Assembly (NCBI GenBank): GCA_951406725.2
Contig: OX597831.1
Location: 22,754,001 to 22,818,000 of the forward strand
Direction of reading: 5' to 3'
Length of the DNA stretch: 64,000 nucleotides
DNA from: Octopus vulgaris
Lineage: Eukaryota
The first letter of the stretch is position 1, and each line of letters begins with the position of its first letter. The notes under the pieces were generated by a model. That model was not told the origin of the DNA and ran no database searches. It saw only the letters and a program-made list of their open reading frames with translations. Below, in pieces: positions 41,000 to 53,498 of the stretch. Both the position numbers and the translations under genes were made by a program.

Positions 41000-42035
41000 T
41001 GTTTGCAGCCGTTGGGTATAGAATATCGGTCAGTCTATAGAACTACAGTATACTCTCCGCCGCAAAGCTACCTCACGTTCCACATCCTCTTCACCGTCTC
41101 ACCCAACCTCCACCTCTTCTCATGATTTCTTTGTTGTCAACCAACCGTGACGTAAATCGTCAGCCATATTGGCTTTTGTTGTTGGATCCAGCGTGTATAT
41201 GCGATATCACATTATGTGCGCTTGTGTGTGTGTGTGTGTATATATATATGTATATGTATGTGTACGTACGTGTGGGTACGTAATATACGTGTGTATGTAC
41301 GCGTGTGTACGTGAATATTCTCTGATGTTCTTGTTCGTGACGCTCTGTTGTTACATATTTTTGCTTGTCGTAATATTAAACGATGATGATGATGATGAGG
41401 ATGATGATGTTGGTGGTGGTGGTGGTGGTGGTGGTGGTGGTGGTGGTGGTGGTGGTGGTGGTGGTGGTGGTGGTGGTGGTGGTGGTGGTGGTGGTGGTGG
41501 TGGTGGTGGTGGTGGTGGTGGTGGTGGTGGTGGTGGTGGTGGTGGTGGTGGTGGTGATGGAGGTGGTGGTGGTGGTGGTGGTGAAGGTGGTGGTGGTGGT
41601 GGTGGTGGTGGTGGGTGGTGGTGGTGGTGGTGGTGAGAATGAAAACGATTTTCTGAAATACACGCAGATTCAAACGAACTAATACCCGTATGTGCGCGTA
41701 TGTGTTTATGTATGTGTGCATATACACATGCTTACATAAATATGTGTATATGTGAGTATGTGTATGTGTGTGTGTGTACGTATAGAAGATCTTGTGTGCG
41801 TGTGTTTATGTGCATATATATATACTCTTTTACTCTTTTACTTGTTTCAGTCATTTGACTGCGGCCATGCTGGAGCACCGCCTTTAGTCGAGCACATCGA
41901 CCCCTGGACTTACTCTTTGTAAGCCTAGTATTTATTCTATCGGTCACTTTTTCCGAACCGCTCAGTTACGGGGACGTAAACACACCAGCATCGGTTGTCA
42001 AGCGATGTTGGGGGGGGACAAACACAGACACACAA

Positions 42036-42070
<35 letters not shown>

Positions 42071-42092
42071 AATATTTATGTATATGTGTTTG

Positions 42093-42128
<36 letters not shown>

Positions 42129-42153
42129 TTTATGTACATATATATACATACAG

Positions 42154-42187
<34 letters not shown>

Positions 42188-42324
42188 GTATGCATGTATG
42201 TATGTATATATATATTATATAAATACATACATATATATATATATAAATATATATATGTATATAAATATATATATATATATATGAAAACATGTAGAGGTAT
42301 ATGATAACATTATGTGTGTGTGTT

Positions 42325-42376
<52 letters not shown>

Positions 42377-42526
42377 GCAACATTGGTAACTTCGAAGTGT
42401 AACGATAGTGTGAGTGGAGGGTGACAACGACGATGACGGCGATGATATAAAATATTGATAACTGAAAATATTGCCATGTGACAGCAACGAGATATTACCT
42501 CCAGTGGTGGTGGTGGTTGTTGTGTC

Positions 42527-42563
<37 letters not shown>

Positions 42564-42706
42564 ATGTTGGTGATGGTGGTGGTGGTGGTGGTGGTGGTGA
42601 TTGTAGTATTAGTAATAGTAGTTGAGTACTAGCACAGCTTTGATGGTCAACTACTGTAGTAACGTTACAGTGTAGTGCGTTGGGTGGTTGTTCTTAGCTG
42701 CTGCTG

Positions 42707-42757
<51 letters not shown>

Positions 42758-42808
42758 TTACTACTACTACGACTTTTACTACCAATACTACTTCTACTTT
42801 TTCTGCTG

Positions 42809-42877
<69 letters not shown>

Positions 42878-42904
42878 ATACTACTACTTCTACTTTTGCT
42901 GCTG

Positions 42905-42937
<33 letters not shown>

Positions 42938-43262
42938 TTACTACTACTACTAAGTTATAATACAATTTAATTTAGTTTTAATATAGTGTAGTTGTTATGC
43001 AACGTAGTAAACGTAGCATTAATGATGTGGTGTAGCTATAATAATTATAATAATAATAATAATGATAATAATAATAATAGATAATAATAATAAAATAATA
43101 ATAAATGATAATAATAATAATAAATGAAAATAATAATAAATGATAATAATAATAATAAATAATAATAAATAATAATAATAATAATAAATGATAACAATAA
43201 TAAATGATAATAATAATAAATGATAATAATAATAATAAATAATAATAATAATAATAATAATA

Positions 43263-43294
<32 letters not shown>

Positions 43295-43300
43295 ATACTA

Positions 43301-43333
<33 letters not shown>

Positions 43334-43334
<1 letters not shown>

Positions 43335-43561
43335 GAACTGCCCGTATCCTACGTAAACTACTGTCTATGTAATCTCAAATTTTAAAAGAAACACAATTTT
43401 CTTATGGTTTCCTAAACATTCTGTAGAGCAGCATTGTGTACAAAACCAAATATATGGCACCCTAGGCTTAATACCAACATGAACTTCTAGCTTGTCTCTT
43501 GAGGTCTCTGGGTGAGACTTGGAGCCAACTTGTACAAATGTAAAGCAAAAGTCAAACATAA

Positions 43562-43635
<74 letters not shown>

Positions 43636-44148
43636 TAGATGCAAATAGGCCAGACATCATATTGAAAGACTTCAAACAAAGAACATGCCTCCTCGTTGAT
43701 ATGACTGTCCCAATCGATATAAACGTATCTGTCAAGACCTACCAAAAACTGAGCAAATATAAAGATCTTGAAATAGAAATCAGCAAAATGTGGAAGCTGA
43801 AGACTAAAACAATACCTGTTGTCATAGGTGCCCTGGGAATGATAGCAAAAGGGGCTGATCGCTACCTAACTCAGATACCGGGAAACCCCAAAATGATAGA
43901 AATTCAAAAGATAGTGCTCATGGGAATTGCTCATATCTTACGCAAAATACTTTCTATGTAATCTCAAGTTTTAAAAGAAACATAACTTCCGTTTTTTTTT
44001 TAGGCATTCACTAGTACAACACTAAATACAAAACCAAATATATAGCACACTAGGCATAACAACTATACGAACTTCCAGCCTGTTGTTTCTTGAGGTCTCT
44101 GGGTGAGACTTGGAGCCAACTTGTACAAATATAAAGCAAAAGTCAAAC

Positions 44149-44150
<2 letters not shown>
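43334..44150 (+). mobile_element. Two tandem 5'-truncated Dong/R4-like copies in (TAA)n; the second retains an open REL-endonuclease C-terminus (43633-43961)
   Basis: IDANRPDIILKDFKQRTCLLVDMTVPIDINVSVKTYQKLSKYKDLEIEISKMWKLKTKTIPVVIGALGMI..HILRKILSM* (PD..D REL motif); shared 3'UTR ending gcaaaagtcaaacat followed by (TAA)n. Confidence 0.9.
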
Positions 44151-44217
<67 letters not shown>

Positions 44218-44451
44218 TAATAATGTGTTGCTGACAATATCACAAATTTTCTGATGCATAGCATGAAAGAGTGGAAAAACCAAATTGTACTCATGTAATG
44301 TAGTCCTTGTTGTGACTTGACAGATGACTTAAGACGCCGGTGCATTTTTACCGACACTGTGTCTCCTTTCTGCTATAGGGAGAGGGCCTGAAATTTGTGG
44401 GGAGAGGGCAAGTCGATTATATCAGCACCAGTGTTCAACTGGTACTAATTT

Positions 44452-45112
44452 ATGAAAGATCATCGCATTCCAAATTTCTTTTGTTATGGCCAACAAGTGG
44501 AGGAATACCGCGGTAAAGGAAGTCTTGTCTTAGCTGGCAGAAACGTTAGCACGCCGGGCGAAATACTTAGAGGTATTTCGTCTGCCGTTACGTTGTGAGT
44601 TCAAATTCCGCCAAGGTCGACTTTGCCTTTCACCTTTCGGGGTCGATAAATTAAGTACCACTTACGCACTGGGATCAATGTAATCGACTTAATACCCATG
44701 TCTGTCCTTGTTTGTCCCCTCTGTGTTTAGCCCCTTGTGGGTAATAAAGAAATAGGTATACAGCTAAGTTGAAGCAATCACTAAAACCTCTATGGTTTAA
44801 ATTGACATCTTGGCAAAGTCATTGCCTAGATCGATCTGTATGGCCTAAAATGTATCATGGTGCATCAAAACAATTTGATTTGAAGAAATAGAACAATGAA
44901 AGAACTATATCCCGCAACCAATAGACACATTTGCTCAATCGCGGGCAAAATCAAAATCATCAGTGTCCCCATTGCAACTTCATAGCAAAGTCTATCCCTG
45001 GATTCAAATTACTTTCACGCGAAGTTGTTTTCTCTTTTCCTCACTTTTTTCTTTTCTTTTCATTTAAGCTTCTTCTTCAAACACTCATATATTGAAATCG
45101 ACGAGATCGACT
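44452..45112 (+). mobile_element. RTE LINE 3' fragment interrupted by a Nin-domain SINE (44532-44757)
   Basis: Homologous to 7075-7160 plus 7552-7920. Confidence 0.8.
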
Positions 45113-46177
45113 ACCACCACCACCACCACCACAATCATCATCATTATCATCATTAATATTATTTTTACTACTATTTGACTTTGACCCAAGTTCAATCTTA
45201 TTCCTGGAAGGATTTATGTGGGTATCGAGTTACTTACCTGTAACTTCAGGTTTACTCAAGTTTTCGGTACTCTTTCAAGTGCTTAGAACCCTCTTCATAA
45301 TCCTTGCTGTCTCTAAGAAAGAAACTTATTTTCAAGGAGCTCATCAGGGAATTCTATTTCAATATCCTGCAGCCATTTGTCTATATATTTGCTTACTGTT
45401 CCCAACGCATCAATCTACAGTTTTCATTTTCCAAATTCTTCCTATTTCAAGTTGTAAGCGATTGTATTTTCTTTACGATTTTGGAATTAAATGGGCATGA
45501 TAGATCAATTACTAAGCAACGTCGCTTTTCCTTTGTCTACACTTGTTATGTCCGGTCTATTATTTTCTAACTTCTTGCCTATTGAAGAGGAAAGTCCCGC
45601 AAAATCTTGCGTTTTTCCGACTCCAGTACTCTTTCGACTCGATGATTGCACAACGTGTTTCTCTTATAAAAGCAAACCTATGCTTAAAGCCTTTCCAAAC
45701 GTGACCAACTCGTCCTTTATTTTTTTTTTTCTACTCCTGTATGCAAGAAAGTCAGCACCTCGTATCCAGCGGGTCGCTTTTTGAGATCGTTAATCGGTAT
45801 TTGAGGGAGATTTCACTGCTATATTTTTCAAATCAAACTAGTGATACTTGTGAAATAGATCCCTTCTCCTACTCCTGATCCAGTAGACACTCGACCAAAG
45901 ATTCTTGCTTTCCTGGCATAGTGTATCTTGGACTACATTACCCAATGTCTCCGTTTTCTTTATATGCCAGTGTTATGTAGTTTGAAGAAGGTTGAGCGAA
46001 TACAGACATCCTTCTAAGAAGGATGTCTGTGAATGATCTGACCTATAATGAAAGATGCTCCAGCTATGACCAGTCCATCTTTATGTTGGAGTTTATTGAC
46101 GATGGTGGTGGTGATATTAGGAGATACGGTGTTTACTACAATTGTCGTTGGTGTTGGTGGAGATGTTGTTGTTGCTG

Positions 46178-46209
<32 letters not shown>

Positions 46210-46986
46210 CGTGGCGGTGGCGGTGATTGTGTTGGTGGTAGTTGTGGTGGTGGCCGTTGTGGTGGTGGTGGTGGTGGTGGTGGTGGTGGTGGTGGTGGTG
46301 GTGGTGGTGGTTGCGATGATGATGATGAAGTTGGATATGATGGTAGAGTTGCTGTGGCTGTGGTGGTGGTGGTGGTGGTGGTTGTTGTGATGGTGATGGT
46401 TCTGATGATGATAATGATGATGAATGTGATGATGGTGATGATGATGATGAAGGTGGAGATGATGGTAGAGTTGCTGTGGTTGTTGTTCATGGTGGTTATA
46501 GTGATGATGGTGGTGATAGGGGTGGTCGTAGTGAAGTTGTTCTATTGTTATTGTTGTCTTTGGTGACAGTGGGGATGATGCTGATGATGCTGATGACGAT
46601 GGTGGTGATGGTGGTGGTGGTGATGGCAGAGTTCTGGTTGTTGTTGACAGTGGTAATGGGTGATGGTGGTCGTGGTGTTGTTGGTGGTGGTAATGGGTGG
46701 TGGGGGTGGTGTTAGAGTTGTAGTTGTTTTTACAGTGACGGTGGTGGCAGTGATGGTGGCGCTGTTGGTGGACATGTTGGTTGGTGCCACTAATGTTAGC
46801 TGTGGCGGTGGTGTGGTGATTATGGCGGCGGTGGTAGTGTAAATACCGATGGCTGGAGCTAGTGACGACTGGAGGTGAGGTGTTGATGATAAATGTAATC
46901 TGTCTGTCTGTCCGTCTCTCTGTCTCACCGTTCACTTTCGAAACTCATTGATCAAAGACTTCTGTCATTTTCAATACACCGTTGAT

Positions 46987-47019
<33 letters not shown>

Positions 47020-47145
47020 GTCGTCGTCGTTGTTGTTATTGTTTTGTTATTGTTTTTTTTTTAGTTGTTGCTGTACTTTCACTTTCATTTACATGCTCTT
47101 CTTTCTTCTCTGTCTCTGTCTGTCTGTCTGTCTCTCTCTGTGTTT

Positions 47146-47182
<37 letters not shown>

Positions 47183-47377
47183 GTTCTCTCTCTCACATTC
47201 ACTTTCTTCCTCTAATATGATAGATAATCCCTCTTCCACTCTAAATACTCATCAATCTAAACACACACAACACCCGCATACTACATACAGACATGCATAC
47301 AAACATGTATGCATACGCACACACATATTTATATATACATATACATATATGTACGTAGACACACACACATGTGTATA

Positions 47378-47414
<37 letters not shown>

Positions 47415-47725
47415 GTATATATGCACACATACACAGATATACACATACACACACACACACACATACTGTGACTTCTAAAATAAATGTCTCTTAAATCTGT
47501 CAGATTTTTAATGTAAATAAATGATTAAAATGTTGCTTTCCTCACGAGACAAACTTGTTTCAATGTTTCTGTTTGCTCTTTAACTCTCAGCTTCGGCCAT
47601 TCTTTCACTTGTCTCTACTGTAAACCAAGATACAGAATTATCTGTTAGTCTCTCCCACAGTTCCTCAATTGTCGCTATCATTTTTTCCCTTCGTCCAACG
47701 TCGACCAGTTACGAGGATACTGGAC

Positions 47726-47757
<32 letters not shown>

Positions 47758-48248
47758 CTGTGTCTGTCTCTCCAGCATCGCTTGACAACCGATGCTGGTG
47801 TGTTTACGTCCCAGTACCTTAGTGGTTCGGCAAGAGACCGATAGAATAAGGACTAGGCTTACAAAGAATAAGTCCTGGGAGTAGATTTGCTCGACTAAAA
47901 GGCGGTGCTCCAGCATGGCCACAGTCAAATGACTGAAACAAGTAAAAGAGAGTGATTTAATAGCACTGATAACACAGTAGTACACAGTATTGGCTTATAA
48001 AAACGTTTAATATACTTTGTAGAATATGTTATACTGGTCTTGGAATAAACAGAGGGGGATATTTTATTTGTTCGCTTTATCATTTATTCGAAGATGAGCC
48101 TCCAATATGTCCGTAGCCCAACGACTGGACCTAGCAAAATAATACATAGATTCACTGCGATACAGTTTTTTTTCCTAAACGGGCCATCCTTCATTTAAAA
48201 TTATTCCAAAACAAATAATTTCTATAGAAAATCTGTTGAGATAACCTT

Positions 48249-48320
48249 AACGATACAGAGAAGATTAGCATGGCTTCTGCTCAAGGGTGACACGCAAATT
48301 CCTGAAGCGTTCCATATTTT
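48249..48320 (+). pseudogene. U6: 5'-truncated U6 snRNA copy
   Basis: aacgatacagagaagattagcatggcttctgctcaagggtgacacgcaaattcctgaagcgttccatatttt matches the 3' two-thirds of canonical U6, including the ACAGAGA box and AGC triad, with ~5 substitutions. Confidence 0.9.
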
Positions 48321-48321
48321 C

Positions 48322-48735
48322 ATAGGCGTAGGAGTGGCTACCAACCACATGGTTCCGGGTTCAGTCCCACTGCGTGACACCTTGGAAAAGTGTCTTCTAC
48401 TATAGCCTCGGGCCGGCCAAAGCCTTGTGAGTGGATTTGGTAGACGAAAACTGAAAGAAACCCGTCGTGTATATATATATGTGTGTGTGTGTATGTGTGT
48501 GTATGTGTGTGTGTGTGTGTGTGTGTGTATTTGTGTGTCTGTGTTTGTCCTCCCCCCAACATCGCTTGACAACCGATGCTGATGTGTTTACGTTCCCGTA
48601 ACTTAGCGGTTCGGCAAAAGAGACCGATAGAATAATTACTAGGCTTACAAAGAATAAATCCTGGGGTTGATTTGCTCGACTAAAAGGCGGTGCTCCAGCA
48701 TGGCCACAGTCAAATGACTAAAACAAGTAAAAGAG
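48322..48735 (+). mobile_element. SINE family A
   Basis: Matches family A. Further copies at 40657-40833(+), 41823-42040(-), 47750-47950(+), 50712-51130(+), 51799-52182(+), 59072-59505(-), 60583-60992(+), 61720-62145(-), 63507-63838(+). Confidence 0.9.
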
Positions 48736-48995
48736 AGTGATTTAATAGCACCGCTAACACAGGAGTACGCAGTATTGGCTTATAAAAACGTTTAATATAC
48801 TTTGTAGAATAACGAAATACGGTGTCCTTGTAGGACATTAATAAATCGAAGAACAAACAGACGCCATTACCTCCCAAATGAAACCTCGACAAATTTCTTC
48901 AGTCACCTATACCTGAATATATCTCAGTTAACAACTCCCTTCTTTAAATGGGCCATATAGAACAAAACGTGTTTCAAAAATGGCTCAACACACAA

Positions 48996-49076
48996 GGCTC
49001 CGATGAAACTATAAAGTGTTACTCAGGCATTCATCTATGAGTCCACTGCATCTAATAGCCGAAACAGCTGTAAGCC
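48996..49076 (+). ncRNA. Hammerhead motif with long stem II insert
   Basis: ggct-CCGATGA-aactat..atagcc-GAAAC agct GTA-agcc; palindromic stem III; U4-to-C change. Confidence 0.6.
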
Positions 49077-49532
49077 AATGAAGTTCATAAGATAATCGTA
49101 TATTCTTTTGTCATATCTTTTTCTTATTAAATCAGCATACATATATATATCGTGGCAATCCGTGGGTTACGACGACGAGGGTTCCAGTCGATCTGATCAA
49201 CGGGACAGCCTGCTCGTGAAATTAACGTGTAAGTGGCTGAGCACTCCACAGACACGTGTACCCCTAACGTAGTTCGTGGAAAGATTCAGCGTGACACAGT
49301 ATGTGACAAGGCTGGCCCTTTGAAGTACAGGTACAACAGAAACAGGGAGAAAGAGTGAGAGAAAGAGTACAGGAGGGTTCGCCACCACTCCCTACCGGAG
49401 CCTCGTGTAGCTTTATGTGTTTTCGCTCAATAAACACTCACAACGCCCGGTCTGGGAATCGAAATCGCGAGTCCGTTACCCTAACCACTGGGCCATTGCG
49501 CCTCCACAGATATATATAATAAATACATTATA

Positions 49533-49767
49533 ATGAAGAATTATATTCATTAATTACATTATTTACATTTGACGGATATTTGTCCTCATCTTGTTTGTTG
49601 TTAACATAACGTTTCGGCTGATATACCCTCCAGCCTTCATTAGGTGTCTTGAGGAAATTTCGAACCTGGGTTCTCATTCCTAAGGTATTTTTCTCATATG
49701 GAGTAGTGTTTAAGAGCACGGGCTACTAACTCCAAGATTCCGAGTTCGATTCTAGGCAGTGACCTGG

Positions 49768-49837
<70 letters not shown>

Positions 49838-49999
49838 CATATTAATGAGAATCCAGGTTCGAAATTTCTCCAAGACACTTGATGAAGGCTGGCGGGTATA
49901 TCAACCGAAACGTTGTGTGAACAACAAACAAGATGATGACAAATATCCGTCAAATGTAAATAACGTAAATAAAGTAAATAATGTACATAATTCCTCATC
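49533..49999. mobile_element. Head-to-head pair of Penelope-like terminal repeats, each with a decayed minimal hammerhead (49603-49648 minus; 49874-49919 plus)
   Basis: 49533-49678 is the reverse complement of 49844-49999; gacac-(C/T)T(A/G)ATGA-a ggctg..cagcc-GAAAC GTT-(a/g)tgt; the spacer holds a tRNA-like fragment and (TAA)n. Confidence 0.7.
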
Positions 50000-50662
50000 T
50001 CTTAAATTTAGAACTGAAGAATTATATATCCTCATAATTTTTTTTTTATTATAAATTTATTTATGAAGAAATTCATGACGGGCGCGAATCGTCATGATAC
50101 AGGTAACTCATTTTGAATATTCAGCGACAAAATTGTTATGTTTACCCGCATTTCGTTCGTCTTTACGTTCTGAGTTGAAATTCCGCCAAAGTCGACTTAG
50201 CCATTTATCCTTTCGGAGTTGATAAAATAATTACTAGATTTTCCCCGAAATTGTTGGTCTTGTGTCGAAATTTGAAACCAATATTCAGATGACTTCCAGT
50301 TCTCTGCTAGCTTTTGTTTATTGACTACAACTTTAATCTTTATTCTCTTCAACATTGTTGATTGTTCACTAATACATGAAGCTGCTCTTGAAATAAATGA
50401 AGCATAAAATGTCAAATTTACCCCGAACACGCTGATAGATAGATAAAAAGATAGATAGGTGGATATATAGAAAGATAGATAGATAAATAGGGTGATATAA
50501 ATATTTCTTTATTAACCTATAAAGGTTTTACATAGAGGGTACATTCAAGGTACAATCTTGCTTCTTACCTACTGTGTAAAAAACCGGATGGATTAACATA
50601 TATTGTGAATGAGGGTTAAAAATATAAATAAAATAGGGTGATATAAAGATATGTGTGTGTGG

Positions 50663-50712
<50 letters not shown>

Positions 50713-50873
50713 TAGGCGCAGGAGTGGCTGTGTAGTAAGTAGCTTGTTTACCAACCACATGGGTTCAGTCCCACTGCGTGGCACCTTGGGCAAGTGTCTT
50801 CTACTATAGCCTCGGGCCGACCAAAGCCTTGTGAGTGGATTTGGTAGATGGAAACTGAAAGAAGCCCGTTGTA

Positions 50874-50962
<89 letters not shown>

Positions 50963-51128
50963 GTTTGTCCCCCTAGTATTGCTTGACAACCGATGCTGGT
51001 GTGTTTATGTTACCGTCACTTAGCGGTTCGGCAAAACAGACCGATAGAAGAAGTGCCGGGGTCGAGTTGCTCGATTAAAGGCGGTGCTCCAGCATGGCCG
51101 CAGTCAAATGACTGAAACAAGTAAAAGA

Positions 51129-51167
<39 letters not shown>

Positions 51168-52561
51168 GATAGACAGGGAGATATATATATATATATATAT
51201 AGGTGAATTGACAGACAACTCGATAGATAGAAAGTGAGCGAGAAGGAGGGGAGAGAGTTACAGCGTTACAGCGATGGAAGAGCTAAACTATTGAAGAAGC
51301 CACCTAATGGATATAGAGAGAAGAGAGTTGTTTGACGTGACAGAGAAAGAAAGAAGAGGAGGAATCAAACGAGAATGAAGAGAAAGCAAGAAGAGGAATT
51401 ATATAGTAAATGCGTGCTTGAGAGCTATTACTAGCAATAACGGGTGGGGACCGGGTGCTTGCGGGTGGTGGTACGGGATATGCTAACAGTTACAATCGAT
51501 TTGAACAGAATCGATCCTGCTAGTATATAATTAATAATATGACTTAATTGTTAAGTACCTTGTAATTACATGTATGTCAAGGCTGAATATTGGTCTTTTA
51601 ACGATTAAAACGCTATTCAAATGAAGCATTAATGATGGTTTCTGGTTAAGGTAGAAGGCTAACGAATATGAAGGGAGAGAGATGGTGGATGAGGTCGACG
51701 ACCCCCGCTAGCTGTTCTAGATTGCTATTCTAATTGATCGACACCACCTGGAAGAATGAAAATAAAAAAGACAAAGGTGATCTCGGTAGAATTTGAACGT
51801 GGTAAGTAGCTTGTTTGCCAACCACATGGTTCTGGGTTCAACCCCACTACGTGGCACCTTGGGCAAGTGTCTTCTACTATAGCCTCGGGCCGACCAAAGT
51901 CTTGTGAGTGGATTTGGTAGACGGAAACTGAAAGAAGCCTGTCGTATATATGTATATATATATATATATGCGTGTGTGTGTGTTTGTGTTTGTCCCCCTA
52001 GCATTGCTTGACAACCGATGCTGGTGTGTTTATGTCCCCGTTACTTAGCGGTTCGGCAAAAGAGACCGATAGAATAAGTACTGGGTTTACAAAAGAATAA
52101 GTCCCGGGGGTCGAGTTTTCGATTAAAGGCGGTGCTCCAGCATGGCCGCAGTCAAATGACTGAAACAAGTAAAAGAGTAAAAGAGATACAACATAAAGAT
52201 CATGAACGAATTTCCGCAAATTAGTTTTTTTTCTTTTTTGTTCGACGCTCTATCGATTCGGCTAACCATAAGAAGGTTTGTAATTTCGATAGGAGCGAGT
52301 TTGGTGGATGAGGTCGACCCCACTACCAATTCTAGGTTGATATTTTAATTGATCGACACCACCTGGAGGAATGAAAAAAAGACAAAGTCGGTCTTAGGAG
52401 AATTTGAACGTACAACGCAAAGATCAGGAACAAATTCTCACAAAATAGTTTTTTTTGTTCGACGCTCTTTCGATTCGGCTAACCCTAAAAAGGCTAGCAA
52501 TTCCAAGAGGAGCGAGTTGGTCGAACTTTTCCCCAGTTCTAGATTGCCATTTTAGTTGATC

Positions 52562-53122
52562 GACCCCACTGGAAGAATGAAAAAAGACAGTTTGAGCTCG
52601 GAAGAATTTGAACCTACAAGATAAAGATCAGGACCCCACTGGAGGAATGAAAAAAGACAGTTTGAGCTCGGAAGAATTTGAACCTACAAGATAAAGATCA
52701 GGACCCCACTGGAGGAATGAAAAAAGACAGTTTGAGCTCGGAAGAATTTGAACCTACAAGATAAAGATCAGGACCCCACTGGAGGAATGAAAAAAGACAG
52801 TTTGAGCTCGGAAGAATTTGAACCTACAAGATAAAGATCAGGACCCCACTGGAGGAATGAAAAAAGACAGTTTGAGCTCGGAAGAATTTGAACCTACAAG
52901 ATAAAGATCAGGACCCCGCTGGAGGAATGAAAAAAGACAGTTTGAGCTCGGAAGAATTTGAACCTACAAGATAAAGATCAGGACCCCACTGGAGGAATGA
53001 AAAAAGACAGTTTGAGCTCGGAAGAATTTGAACCTACAAGATAAAGATCAGGACCCCACTGGAGGAATGAAAAAAGACAGTTTGAGCTCGGAAGAATTTG
53101 AACCTACAAGATAAAGATCAGG
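52562..53122 (+). repeat. 8 x 70-bp near-identical tandem repeat derived from an antisense Nin-SINE core
   Basis: Unit gaccccactggaggaatgaaaaaagacagtttgagctcggaagaatttgaacctacaagataaagatcag; only 2 variant bases seen. Confidence 0.95.
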
Positions 53123-53198
53123 AAGAAATTACTGTAGAATAATACTTTACATTATCGAGCGATTACTGTTTCAATCTCATTCTGAGATTTAATTATGC

Positions 53199-53498
53199 TT
53201 ACTATTCGTTTTTCGACATCAGTGGCAGACGCCATTAGAAAAACTTATATATAATTTGCAAAGAAGCCTTCACTTTCATCGCTACCTGGTGGTTACCGCC
53301 CGTTGACGAGGGACAACAATCCCGAAACTAGTTCGAGCGTATCACTCAGGCTTGCGAGGAAGGGATGGCCTCCCTTTGCAAATACTCCAAGGACACTGAT
53401 ATTGTGTCTAAAGCCAGCTTGAGACGAAGACCTCTTGGGGCTATAAAGCTACAGTAACACCCCTCCCCAATGTGGTTAGCCATGATAAGATGGCTTCT
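53199..53498 (+). mobile_element. 300-bp hammerhead-containing non-coding element flanked by 57-bp direct repeats
   Basis: HHR at 53297-53339: cgcccg-TTGACGA-ggga caacaa tccc-GAAAC ta GTT-cgagcg. The downstream 155 nt is homologous to 14539-14689. Flanks 53142-53198 and 53499-53555 are identical. Confidence 0.75.

Noticed and set aside
52562-53122. CRISPR-like array
   Set aside because: Units are contiguous and identical with no unique spacers; eukaryotic context with no cas genes.
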